This document shows, in pieces, positions 1 through 9,900 of a stretch of 64,000 nt of DNA. The stretch lies in NCBI GenBank assembly GCA_963675295.2, contig CAXXKJ010000002.1, forward strand, positions 2,976,001 to 3,040,000. Reading direction: 5' to 3'. Within the stretch, counting starts at the first letter, position 1, and each line of letters opens with the position of its first letter. The position numbers and the translations under genes are program-made. The DNA is from a bacterium (lineage in GTDB: Bacteria > Electryoneota > Electryoneia > Electryoneales > Electryoneaceae). The notes under the pieces were generated by a model. It made no database searches and was not told the DNA's origin. It saw only the letters and a program-made list of their open reading frames with translations.

Positions 1-2153
1 CTGCGGACGACGCCCAGGTGCGCACGGTAGAGTTCATCCCACATCGCGTCGCCGGCACCGGTATTCTGGTCGCTGCCGTACCACCAGAACCAGTCGGAGC
101 CTTCGGCTGCGTACATCGCCCGTTTCGCACGTTTCATCTGGTCGTGGTACTGCGTCATGCGTCCCTGTCGTCCCGGGGGTGGTGTATCAATGGCGAACTG
201 CAGCTCGTTCCGCACCTTCGCCAGCCACGCCCAACCGCGATTCTCCTCGTCCTCGCCGACCCAAGTCGCGTAGCTCGCGGCGATCCACGATCCCGGCCAC
301 AGCTCGTCTACAGCGGGCAAGGTGTCCAACGGATGTGGACGGATACCGCGTTCCGGGTTGCCATGCAGGTATTCGTTCGGCGTGGTGGTCATCAACCGGC
401 CCTGGTTCTGCAGTTCGCCCAGTTTCCGGTAGACGGCGTGCAGGAACAGGATCGCGTCCGGATCGTGCTCGTACCATTCCCACGCGTTCTCGCCGTCGAG
501 CAGCACGGTCACCAGCGTGGTATCGGTTTCGTTCGCCGGAGCGCGGCTCATAATCTGCCGCATCAGGTCTTCCGCTGCCTGTTCCGGTTCCCAGCGCTGG
601 TAGCGGAATCCGATCAGGTCGCTGAGGTGGGTGTCACGGAAGAACATCGCGACCTGCCCGCCGTTGGGACCGGTGACGCGATACGGCGTCGTCGCCTTCA
701 TCCCGGCGGGTGACGATTTCTGCAGGACGCCGTCCCCGGTTGCGATCCACTCGATGCCGGCGTCCGCGAAGTAATCGACCACCTGCGCCGAGACGGAGCC
801 TTCCGCCGGCCACATGCCGCTGGGCGCGTGGCCAAACTGGTTTTGGTAATAGTTCACGGCCTCGTGCACATGCCAACGCGCGTCCTGCTCGTGTGCGAAC
901 TGGATCGAATCCGGCGCGGAATCGGTGCCGGATTTGCCGGCGTGCAGGTTGGCGATCAACGGCAGGATCGGGTGGAAGTACGGCGTGGTGATGAATTCCA
1001 CCTGACGGCGATAGCTGCCGCGCAGGTCCATGTGGTTGTTCAACGGGTCCAACGCCGCCGCGATACGGTAGAAGGTTGCGACGAGCCGATTGGCGTCATC
1101 CTCGGTCATCGGATGGGACAGCGTCCACGGCGGACCGGCGGTCCGCTTCACGAGATCGTGCAGGGTCAGGTTGAGAGTGGAGCCGTCGTCCGCCACGATC
1201 AGGTTGAAGTCTTTCTCGTAGAACTCCGGGTCAAAATTTGCGAGGTAGAAGAAGCACTTGAGGTTTCGCTTGTCCTGCTCAGTGTAGGTCGCCGGGTCCT
1301 TGTCCTTGAGGGCGAGATATTCCGGCCAGCGTTCCATGATCACGCGGCTGATGCTGAAGCAATTCCATTCGCCCTCAGTCAACAGGGCGTTTTCCTCCGG
1401 GCCGAACTGATCGGTCGGGGTCAGCATCAGGTCGATCCACGGATCGGTCTTGCCGCGGTACTTGCGCAGGAAACCGTCTGCGTCGATGCGTTTCGAGGAC
1501 GGGTCGTAAAATTCGCCCAACCGGTCGACATAGAGCTGAATCTGTTCGAGCAGCACGGGCGTGAAATTGAAGGTGACGTGAATGTCCGGATGCGTCTGCA
1601 GCATCGCGGTCATGTCGTAATAGTCCTTGGTCGTGTGCGTGCGCACCCACGGCGCCACGAGCTGGCCCTTGGCCGCGTCCATGTAGTACGGCTGATGCTG
1701 GTGCCAGATGATGTTGAGATAGACGAAGCCTTCCCCGCCGGGCGCGTCGATCATCGCATCCCCGCCGCCACCTTCCGGCGCACGAAGTTCGACTTCGCCG
1801 ACCGGGTTCATGAACAGGACAGAGTTTTTCTCGCCGTAATTGTTGGTTGTGGACGCCGGATTGGAGGGATCGGGAATCCAGTCGCCGTCGACGATGAACT
1901 TGTATTCATGGAAGCCGACGGACAGTGATGTCGCCGCGTGCCAGACGCCAGCCTCATCCTGTTCCATCGGGATCGCGCGCGGTTCCCAACCGGCAAAATC
2001 ACCGGAGAGGAACACTTCATCCGCGTTCTGATGGTAGAAACTGAAATGGACTTCACCGTTCTCGGCGTACGGTGGTTGACCGGGGTCGGAACACCCTGCA
2101 AGGATCACCAGCACGAACAGGAACGGGATAAGCAGTCGCGTGGAATTAGCCAT
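1..2153 (-). CDS. GH57 amylopullulanase-like lipoprotein with N-terminal CBM48/AMPK-type domain (3' end runs off the window)
   Basis: Not in the ORF track; translated by hand from ATG at 2153 (TAATG overlap with the upstream stop). Starts MANSTRLLIPFLFVLVILAGC (lipobox), then a CBM48-like segment (GDFAGW...EYKFIVDGDWIPDP). GH57 conserved regions are present: WHQHQPYY, GMWPAEGSV, LDGENAW, AEGSDWFWW. Confidence 0.9.
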   Translation of the reverse strand, partial: MANSTRLLIPFLFVLVILAGCSDPGQPPYAENGEVHFSFYHQNADEVFLSGDFAGWEPRAIPMEQDEAGVWHAATSLSVGFHEYKFIVDGDWIPDPSNPASTTNNYGEKNSVLFMNPVGEVELRAPEGGGGDAMIDAPGGEGFVYLNIIWHQHQPYYMDAAKGQLVAPWVRTHTTKDYYDMTAMLQTHPDIHVTFNFTPVLLEQIQLYVDRLGEFYDPSSKRIDADGFLRKYRGKTDPWIDLMLTPTDQFGPEENALLTEGEWNCFSISRVIMERWPEYLALKDKDPATYTEQDKRNLKCFFYLANFDPEFYEKDFNLIVADDGSTLNLTLHDLVKRTAGPPWTLSHPMTEDDANRLVATFYRIAAALDPLNNHMDLRGSYRRQVEFITTPYFHPILPLIANLHAGKSGTDSAPDSIQFAHEQDARWHVHEAVNYYQNQFGHAPSGMWPAEGSVSAQVVDYFADAGIEWIATGDGVLQKSSPAGMKATTPYRVTGPNGGQVAMFFRDTHLSDLIGFRYQRWEPEQAAEDLMRQIMSRAPANETDTTLVTVLLDGENAWEWYEHDPDAILFLHAVYRKLGELQNQGRLMTTTPNEYLHGNPERGIRPHPLDTLPAVDELWPGSWIAASYATWVGEDEENRGWAWLAKVRNELQFAIDTPPPGRQGRMTQYHDQMKRAKRAMYAAEGSDWFWWYGSDQNTGAGDAMWDELYRAHLGVVR

Positions 2154-3436
2154 TATTCCTTCACTCCGGATGTGGAGAAGAATGTCTGCAGGATGTTGTC
2201 CGTGTGAGCACGCCACGCGCCCCAGGAGTGGCCTTCGTGCCACACCTGCCACGTCACGTTATTGCCCTTGCCTTCCAGGGCGTCCTTCAGCGCGGTACTC
2301 GACTGGTAGATGGATGCTTCGTAGGTGCCCGCGTCAAGGTAATACACCACTTCGGTTGGATCGTCCGCGGCGATATCGTTGATCAGTTCGTTGTTGTTGA
2401 CGTACACCGCAGAAGAATGCCCGCCGGCATAACCGAAAACGTCCGGGTGATTGTGCGCGAAGTAAACCGATGTCAGTCCACCCAGCGAACAGCCCATCAC
2501 CGCGCGGGAAGCGGGTTGTGGATCAGTCGGGTAGGTCGCATCGATATACGGCACCAGCTCGTTGACAAACATCCACATGAACGGTTCGTTGAGCCAGTAC
2601 TCTGTCATCCGGTCAATCGGATTGACGAACACGGCGATGACCGGGTTGATCAGCTCCGCGTCGATCAGGTTATCGAGAGTGTTCTTCATGCTGGCGAGGC
2701 TGACATATTCGCCACCGTCATGGACATATATCGCCGGATACGCGCCCTCTGGATCATACCCCGCCGGGAGGTAGACCTTGACACCGCGTGTGTTGTTCAA
2801 CGAATCGCTGGTGAACTGGAAGGTTTCAAGGGTACCGTGCGGGATATCCGGGTTGTAGTCGATCTCCCACGGATCGACGTACTCCGGCATCGCGAGTTCG
2901 GAATTCGGACCGCAGCCGCCGGTGACTTGTCGCGGATTGCGCGGATCGAGGATCCAGTTGTTGCCCGGTGTGACAAACTTGTAGTCGAGACGAGCGTCCT
3001 GCTCGAATGTACGTTCGCGGTAAAAAAGGTTGGTGCCGGCGATCAGTGTCATCGGGTCGTCGCTCGGAGTCCACTCATTATGATCGCCCGGAACCTGCAC
3101 CGCACTGTAGCTGGAAGTGAACAGGTAAACACATTGTTTTTCGACGGTCAACGGGAACCCGTAGTCCTCGGAATCCTCCAGCAGAGTGATGAAAGAATCA
3201 GCCATCGCCTGCCGTTCGTTCTGTGGCGCGGCCATGATATCCGCGAGGAACTGATCCCAATCCGGCGGTTCGTCCAGCTCGGACGTTGGCTCGCTCCGGC
3301 CATACCCGATGCGGGATTGGTCCGTCTTTGTATCGGATTCCGATTTGGTCACGTGCGACTGATCGTCACAGCCCACGCTCAGCAGCGCAATGCCCATCAA
3401 GGACAGCATCAGTACGTTGAAACGGTGTTTCAGCAC
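2153..3436 (-). CDS. Fes/CE1-like alpha/beta-hydrolase (putative esterase) lipoprotein with CBM48-like N-domain
   Basis: Lipobox LSVGC; VPGDHNEW...DYKF...ILDPRNP (CBM48-like); VYLPAGY, HDG, nucleophile motif GCSLGG, C-terminal EGHSW. Confidence 0.85.
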   Translation of the reverse strand: MLKHRFNVLMLSLMGIALLSVGCDDQSHVTKSESDTKTDQSRIGYGRSEPTSELDEPPDWDQFLADIMAAPQNERQAMADSFITLLEDSEDYGFPLTVEKQCVYLFTSSYSAVQVPGDHNEWTPSDDPMTLIAGTNLFYRERTFEQDARLDYKFVTPGNNWILDPRNPRQVTGGCGPNSELAMPEYVDPWEIDYNPDIPHGTLETFQFTSDSLNNTRGVKVYLPAGYDPEGAYPAIYVHDGGEYVSLASMKNTLDNLIDAELINPVIAVFVNPIDRMTEYWLNEPFMWMFVNELVPYIDATYPTDPQPASRAVMGCSLGGLTSVYFAHNHPDVFGYAGGHSSAVYVNNNELINDIAADDPTEVVYYLDAGTYEASIYQSSTALKDALEGKGNNVTWQVWHEGHSWGAWRAHTDNILQTFFSTSGVKE

Positions 3437-3439
3437 ATC

Positions 3440-6400
3440 TTACTCCACAAACAAAATGTCGTACACGTTGGGGTCCGACTCATCCGCCCCCGATCCGGCC
3501 CAGCGTCCACCCTCGGGTGTCACCGCACGGAACTCGCCAATTCCGCCGCCGCCGTGATCGTCTTGGCCACCGACCAACACCGCGATTTTCCAGTGTTCCG
3601 GGTGGGTGCCGAGGTAATCGAGCGGGATGGCGAAGCTGACCGTTTTCGCTTTTGTGTCACCGAGACGATACGCCGGATCGCTGGGCATGTGCGCGGCGAT
3701 GATGCCGCCCTCGGCATCCTCGATTTCGATCCCGCCACCGACGTAAATGAAACGGTCGGCCGCATACTCGCCGGGCAATTCGTAGTTGCTGTTGCGGCGA
3801 ACGTCGGTGCGTAACGCCCCACCCAGATTGCCGCTTCGGATCGTGATGGTCGCAAAGGTCAGCTGGAAGCCATACTCCGGACGCCAGCCCGGATCGCTGA
3901 GATCACGGAACGTGAGGCTGAAGTAGGCCAGGTCATTGTCCGCGCGCATGGTGAAATGCGTCAAATCGAGAATGCCGGGCAGGAACGCCGGATTGGTCGG
4001 GTAGCCGTAAGTCTTACCCTCGACCACGCCGGTGTCGTCGTGCTCAGGATCATCAACGTCCACGATCACCGGCGCTTTTTCGCTCCACGCCTTGATCGTC
4101 TCGTTCGGAATCAATGGGTAGTCCGGCGGTTGCAGCGACGCAATTCCCTCAACGGAACGCGGCTGCAGCAACGGTTCGTCATCCTCGGCGTCAATCAGCA
4201 ACGGGATCGGAACCGACTGGAACGCCGGCAGCATCGGCCCGGCGGGGATGCGCAGCTCGGTGCCATTGTTCTTGCGATCCAGCACCAGTGTCCAGCGCGG
4301 AACATCTTTTGACAGCTCGCCGGATGGATCGGAGATGGTGTCCATCGTATCGAGAATCGAGCGGAACGGCTTGATCCGAATCGGGTCCGAAATCGAATCC
4401 GGCATCAACGCGGTGAAGGTGAAGCGGATGGTCTGCTCGTCAAAGCTGCTGGCAAGCCGGACCGGCTGGCCGTTCATCCAGACAACCGCGTCCACGTCGC
4501 CCAGTTCACGCGGGTAACGTGGGTCAAACTCCCACGCGCCCGGATCGTCATAGATCGGTTTCACGCCGAGGTAGTCCTGGTACAACGTGCGCAGGAACTC
4601 GGCCAGTGACCAGGCTTGCGAGATGGTTCCGCTGGTCTTCGGTTCGGCTGCCCCTTCACGCGGAAGCGCGTCAAGATTCTCGCTCAACGTACCGACACAA
4701 CCCCGGTCGAGAATCTGGTGGACTTCGTCCCGCGCGACCGCGACACCGTGGCGCGACGCTGACTTGTACGGCCCGCTGAGCCACGTCCAGACAATGCCCA
4801 TGTGATACGCGGCATCCTTCGGGTAGAAGATCGTCTCGTGATACGGGTGGAACTCCGAATCGGTCTGCGCGAGACTGGCGACACCCCAACGGTAGACGAG
4901 GCTGTCGCGCATGGTGCTAACGATGGCAGTGCTTTCTTCGTTGGTGATCAGTGGATTTTCACTGGTCAACGGTACGGTCACCGCCCACGCCTGGTTCGGA
5001 CGAACCTTGAGGTCGGGGGAACCGTCCTCGTTGAGGTGATCGACGAGGCCGAGACCATCCTCACGGATGAACCGTTCGCGGAAACTGGCGATCAACTGGT
5101 CACGTTGCGGCTGGTAGTTGACCTTGTGCCCGGTGTATGACAGCATCCACTCGGCGGCCTGAAGTTGCGCCAGCCACAGCGCCTGGATCTCCACCGCCCG
5201 GTTGCCGCGCGGCGACCACGCGCCGTTAACACCTTTCGCGTCCATCCACGTGTCGGCGTCGCCATGAGTCAGCAGACCGTGCTCGTCGACTCGGTGCGTC
5301 ATCGCTCCCTGCACCGTTTTCTCGACCACTCCGCCCGGCTGGCCAAACTCGGTCCACAGGGTACGGTCGCCGGAATAGAGGCCGTACTCGTACAGTTCGC
5401 GCACGAACCACGGGGTGCCATCCGCCGTATTGTAGATGATATCCTCGCCACGCGCGCGGTTCGGCACCTTACCGAAGTCGGGAGACGCCATATCGGTATT
5501 CTGCCACTGCGCGAAACGGCGGAAGATCTGCTCGGCGGCGTCGAATTTGCCCAGCACCAGCGCCGCACCGGGCAGGCTGATGAAGGTGTCACGCGCCCAG
5601 CCTTCGTTGAACCACGGCAGACCCGCCCAGATCAGGCTGTTGTCCTCGGCGAACAGCCCGGCCATGCTAAGTTTCGCCCAGTTGACGGCCCGGTTGATAC
5701 GTTCGTCGTCGCAACGGAAATACGAGCGGTTCAGCTCGTTGAGCAGCCAGTCGCGGCGATCCTGTTGCTGCGCATACTCACTCCGCCGGATCTCGACCCA
5801 GCGGTCGCCGGCGAGTTCGGCCGATTCGCCCCAGGTGAAGGTGAGGTCGAAACCGGGTTCGTTAAACATCGCGCCGTGGATCGCCTTGCCGAGGTGTGTG
5901 GCGAACGGTCCTTTCGCCTCGCGGTTGACGGTCCGCATCTCCGGCGCATTGAACCAGCGCTTGCTGCCAGCGGCCATGAAGACGCTGTCCGTGCCCGCGA
6001 TGCCGAGGTAGTATTGCATCCCGCGGGTCTTGTTCTCGTAAGCTTTCTCAATGGTCAGTGACGACGGGAAGACGAAGAACAACCCGACCTGCGTGTCTTC
6101 GGATTCCCCTTCCCCGCTGCCCGGCACGAACGGTTCGCCGTTCATCGAACAGTTGAAACGGAGGTCATCGCGGTCAACGCCGACCGGCGACACGCGCAGC
6201 GTTACCCCATCCCGCCAGCGGAAAATGACCTCGTGCGGCTTAACGCGAACTTGCGCCCTGGCACGGTCTTTCGGGACACCGTCGATCACCAGGATCCAGT
6301 CGTCAAGCAGCTTGTGATTGCCGACATGCAGCCCCATCCAGCCATCGCTGGCGACGGTTGCCGTGGTGCCGTAATAGAACGACGTACCGGTGCCGCTGAA

Positions 6401-6568
6401 CAGGTAGGGCCTGCCGCTACCAGGCGCGAGATCAATCGCGAGGGAATCGAGATACGACTCGGTGTAGCGGGGCGCGTCGTCTGGCAGCATGGTGGCGCCC
6501 TCCGTGGCGATGGTGAGCACGAGGATGGTCAGAATCGGGATGAAGATCGCTCGTGAACGATGGCGCAT
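3440..6568 (-). CDS. Exported amylo-alpha-1,6-glucosidase (glycogen-debranching, GH133-like) with C-terminal glucodextranase DOMON-like domain
   Basis: AGLPWFNEGWARDTFISLPG, YNTADGTPWF, TWMDAK, RPNQ, YHMGIVWTWL and SQAWS motifs. The C-terminus has DDTG...YPT...LDL...GFQ...GGQD. The ORF track starts at 6616; ATG 6568 precedes a signal-peptide-like stretch. Confidence 0.85.
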   Translation of the reverse strand: MRHRSRAIFIPILTILVLTIATEGATMLPDDAPRYTESYLDSLAIDLAPGSGRPYLFSGTGTSFYYGTTATVASDGWMGLHVGNHKLLDDWILVIDGVPKDRARAQVRVKPHEVIFRWRDGVTLRVSPVGVDRDDLRFNCSMNGEPFVPGSGEGESEDTQVGLFFVFPSSLTIEKAYENKTRGMQYYLGIAGTDSVFMAAGSKRWFNAPEMRTVNREAKGPFATHLGKAIHGAMFNEPGFDLTFTWGESAELAGDRWVEIRRSEYAQQQDRRDWLLNELNRSYFRCDDERINRAVNWAKLSMAGLFAEDNSLIWAGLPWFNEGWARDTFISLPGAALVLGKFDAAEQIFRRFAQWQNTDMASPDFGKVPNRARGEDIIYNTADGTPWFVRELYEYGLYSGDRTLWTEFGQPGGVVEKTVQGAMTHRVDEHGLLTHGDADTWMDAKGVNGAWSPRGNRAVEIQALWLAQLQAAEWMLSYTGHKVNYQPQRDQLIASFRERFIREDGLGLVDHLNEDGSPDLKVRPNQAWAVTVPLTSENPLITNEESTAIVSTMRDSLVYRWGVASLAQTDSEFHPYHETIFYPKDAAYHMGIVWTWLSGPYKSASRHGVAVARDEVHQILDRGCVGTLSENLDALPREGAAEPKTSGTISQAWSLAEFLRTLYQDYLGVKPIYDDPGAWEFDPRYPRELGDVDAVVWMNGQPVRLASSFDEQTIRFTFTALMPDSISDPIRIKPFRSILDTMDTISDPSGELSKDVPRWTLVLDRKNNGTELRIPAGPMLPAFQSVPIPLLIDAEDDEPLLQPRSVEGIASLQPPDYPLIPNETIKAWSEKAPVIVDVDDPEHDDTGVVEGKTYGYPTNPAFLPGILDLTHFTMRADNDLAYFSLTFRDLSDPGWRPEYGFQLTFATITIRSGNLGGALRTDVRRNSNYELPGEYAADRFIYVGGGIEIEDAEGGIIAAHMPSDPAYRLGDTKAKTVSFAIPLDYLGTHPEHWKIAVLVGGQDDHGGGGIGEFRAVTPEGGRWAGSGADESDPNVYDILFVE

Positions 6569-6653
6569 GGCGTTCCCTTGGGTCGGGGCTGGGATTCTGG
6601 TCAGTCTATGTGTCAACTTCAGTGTGAATCAGCTTGTGTATGTCAGCTCCTGT

Positions 6654-6771
6654 GTGTGTCATCCTGAACGCAGTGAAGGATCTCCCAATTGTTACCGGAG
6701 GGTGCAATGACATCGCTGACCGATAACTCGGAGATTCTTCACTTCACTTCGTTCCGTTCAGAATGACACAC
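6654..6771. repeat. REP/MITE-like imperfect inverted-repeat element (GTCATYCTGAACG...GAAGRATC family), copy 1
   Basis: gtgtgtcatcctgaacgcagtgaaggatctcc ... ggagattcttcacttcacttcgttccgttcagaatgacacac. Related copies occur at 32335, 36489 and 59634. Confidence 0.85.
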
Positions 6772-6776
6772 CCACG

Positions 6777-6905
6777 CTATCTTTTACTATCTTTTACGAT
6801 CTGCTACTATCTGTTACTGTCTGTTACTATCTGTTACTTTCTTTGCCTGTCTTTTGCGTCTTTTACTTCTGTTGCATCAGTTGCGTCTTTTGCGTCTGTT
6901 GCGTC
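6777..6905. repeat. Degenerate 10-bp (CTATCTKTTA) then 9-bp (CGTCTKTTG) tandem repeats
   Basis: About 8 copies of the 10-mer followed by about 6 copies of the 9-mer, directly visible. Confidence 0.85.
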
Positions 6906-9900
6906 CTATTTCAAGAGCACCATCTTCCGGCTGCGGACGAAATCACCTGCCTCGAGCCGGTAGAAGTAGACGCCGGACGCCAGGGTCTGGCCGAACTGAT
7001 CCTGCCCGTCGAAGGTGACCGTGTGCGCTCCGGCGGTCATGCGTTCGTTCAGCAGAGTCGCGACCCGTTGGCCGAGCACGTTGTACACCGCCAGCTGCAC
7101 CTGTCCCGGCTTGCCGAGGGTGAACTGGATCTGCGTCGTCGGGTTGAACGGGTTCGGATAATTCTGTCCGAGCGAATAGTTCTCCGGTAGCTGCACATGC
7201 TCCGGCACATCGAGCACGAACGAGGTATCCGCAATCACCCACGCGTTCGCCGTGTACGCCGGCAGGGTGTGGCTGATCGTAGCCAGCTCCGCACCGGTGA
7301 CCTGCGTCGATACGTTGGTGAACACATCGGTCAGGTAGTAGTCTTCGCCGGCTTCGTAGCCCCAGTCATCGACCGGAAGCGTGATATCGACTGACCGTTC
7401 CGCGCCGGAAATGTTGAGCGCGACGACGACGGTGTTCTCACCTTCCATCCAGCGGCCGTAGCTGTAGACGTAGTCGCTGACAGTATTGGTGAGGAACTCC
7501 GATTCAGTGCTGTACAGGGCGGGCAGACGGCGCCGCATTTCGATCAGCGTGCCGTAGAATCCTTCCAGGTTGTACGGATCGTCGTCCCAGCCGATCAAGC
7601 CGCGCTGGCTTTCCTCACCGACCTCCTGCCCGGCGTAGATCAGCGGGATGCCCGGAATGGTCATCAGCATTGTCGCCGCCGACTTGGTCTGCACGGCGGA
7701 GTTCTCCGCGATGTAGCGGACTTCGTCATGGTTTTCCATGAACCGGAACGGGAAGGTGTAGTCCGGATAGTCGAAGCCGAAGTTGGTCACGCGATCATGA
7801 ATACCCTGCGGATCGGTGAAGCTGCTGCCGAACAGGTCACGGAAGCTGTCGCCGGACCCGTGGTGCAGATCCCAGTCGTACGCCGAGTCGAAGCGGTCGG
7901 TGAGGTACGTGAAGTCGTTGACACCGGCTTCCGCGAGCAGGAAGCATTCCGGCTTGATCGTCTTCAACGCGGTCCGCCATTCCGGCCAGAAGTTCGGGTT
8001 GCGTTCCTGCACGCCCCACGCAACGTCGCAGCGGTAACCATCCACGTCGTATTCCTGAATCCACCACTTCGCCATCTCGACCATGTAATGCCGCAAATCC
8101 GGATTGTCGTAGTTCAGGTTCGGCAGGCTGGTCCAGTCGTAGTAGTAGGTATAGTTACCGTTTATGTCTCGGTCGTACCAGTCGTACGTGTTGGACGCTT
8201 CCCCGTTGGCGATGGCGTCCTGCATCCACGGATGTTCAATCGCGGAGTGATTGATCACCTGGTCCATAACAACCTTGATGCCGTAACTATGAGCGGCGTC
8301 GACCAGTTGTTCGAAGTCGTCGAGGGTGCCGTAGTCTTCCTCGATACCGTAGTAATCGGTGATCGCGTAGCCGTGCGTGGACGGCCCCGGGTTGATCGGC
8401 ATCAGCCAGATGCAGGTGTAGCCCATGTTGGCGATGCGCCACATGTTCATGGTGATCGCGTCCAACGACTCGCTGTCGTCGTAGGAACGCACATAGATCT
8501 CGTACACAATCGCCGACTGCACCCAGTCTACGGACTCATCGATGTCGAACGGATCGACACCGTCCGCGTTGACGTCAAACAGGGTACGCGCGTGCGTGAT
8601 GTTGCCGTCCGTATCCTCAAGGGTCAGGTCGAAGTAGTATTCGCCCAGGGTCGCGGGCACTGCACAGGTAGCAACCGACGAACTCGCGCCGGACAGCGTC
8701 ACCGCTTCCGGATTGTCAGGGTCGGCGGTCCACTGGTACATGATCGGCTGATCCTGCGGATCGTAGCTGCCGCCGGCGCTGAGGGTGATCTCGTCACCAT
8801 CGACGGTCACATTCATCTCCGCGACCGGCGCCTGCGGCGTGTTGTGGAAAACTTCGAGTTCGGAGGAGACGCTGGTTTCGTTGTTCAACGTGCCGACCAA
8901 CTGGAAGAGGTTCGAGCCTTCCTGCAGCGTCACATCGTAGGTCAACTCACCGGCGGTAACGGTCCCAAGATCGTAATCGGTTTCGCCATCTGACCAGCTG
9001 TGGTGGATCGTCAGGTCGACGTTATCATCCTCGATCTCGGCGTACAGGGTCTTGCTGTCCTGCACCGTCGACCAGTCGCGCGTCAGCCAACGCAGCACCG
9101 GCCCGGAGGAACCGATGTTCGGGCCGATTTCGTCCGGTGAAATCGCGGCGATGCCCCGGCCTTCGGCGTCCAGGGTAACATTCCGGCCGAGCGTGTGGTT
9201 GGTGAACAGGATGTGTTGCAGCGCGTATTCGTCGACAAACATCATGTCGAACGCGTCCGGATCGTAATCTTCGGCGATACCGCCGTTGTCGAGGCCAATC
9301 TCCCACGAATGGCCCACCGTCGGATCAAAGCCTTCGAAAAAGCTGTAAACGGAGAAGTACCAGTCGCTACCGTAACTGCCCATCACCGCTTCGAGATCGG
9401 CGACCGGCAGCTCGAACTGCCACTGGTCAACATCACCGCTGGCATCGACGGTCACATCGAACGCAGCGCCATATTCCACCGGATCACGGCCTGTGATCAG
9501 GCGGTTGTGGATCGCGGAATCGTACCCGGGCGAACTCGGATCGGCCAGCACCATCTGCACGCCGACGCCGTTAAAATCGCGCAACGACATCTCGGTCGCG
9601 AAATCGGGATTCGTTTCCGGCGCGGTGCCGTCGGTGCTGGAAATCTGGATCATGACGCGGGATTCGTCCCCGATCAGCACCTGTTCCAACGCGAACGCCA
9701 TCGTCTCGCCGGCATCCTCCTCGGTGATGGTCAACGAAACGAGATCTACCGCCGCAGTGGTCGTTGGGGCGGTGTAGCTGCCCGGACCGTCGGCATCAGT
9801 CACCATCGGGTCGCTGTCGAAGGCATGGAAGCCGTCGTCGTCACCATCGACGATGAAGCCCCAGTAGAAGTTCTCCGCGTTGCCTTCGCTGTCGCTGACT

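Noticed and set aside
18-1928. Plus-strand ORFs 18-713 and 828-1928
   Set aside because: Antisense shadows of the minus-strand GH57 gene, which has all its conserved motifs.
6763-6963. 66-aa hydrophobic ORF
   Set aside because: Arises from the 10-mer and 9-mer tandem repeats and overlaps the amylase 3' end in antisense.
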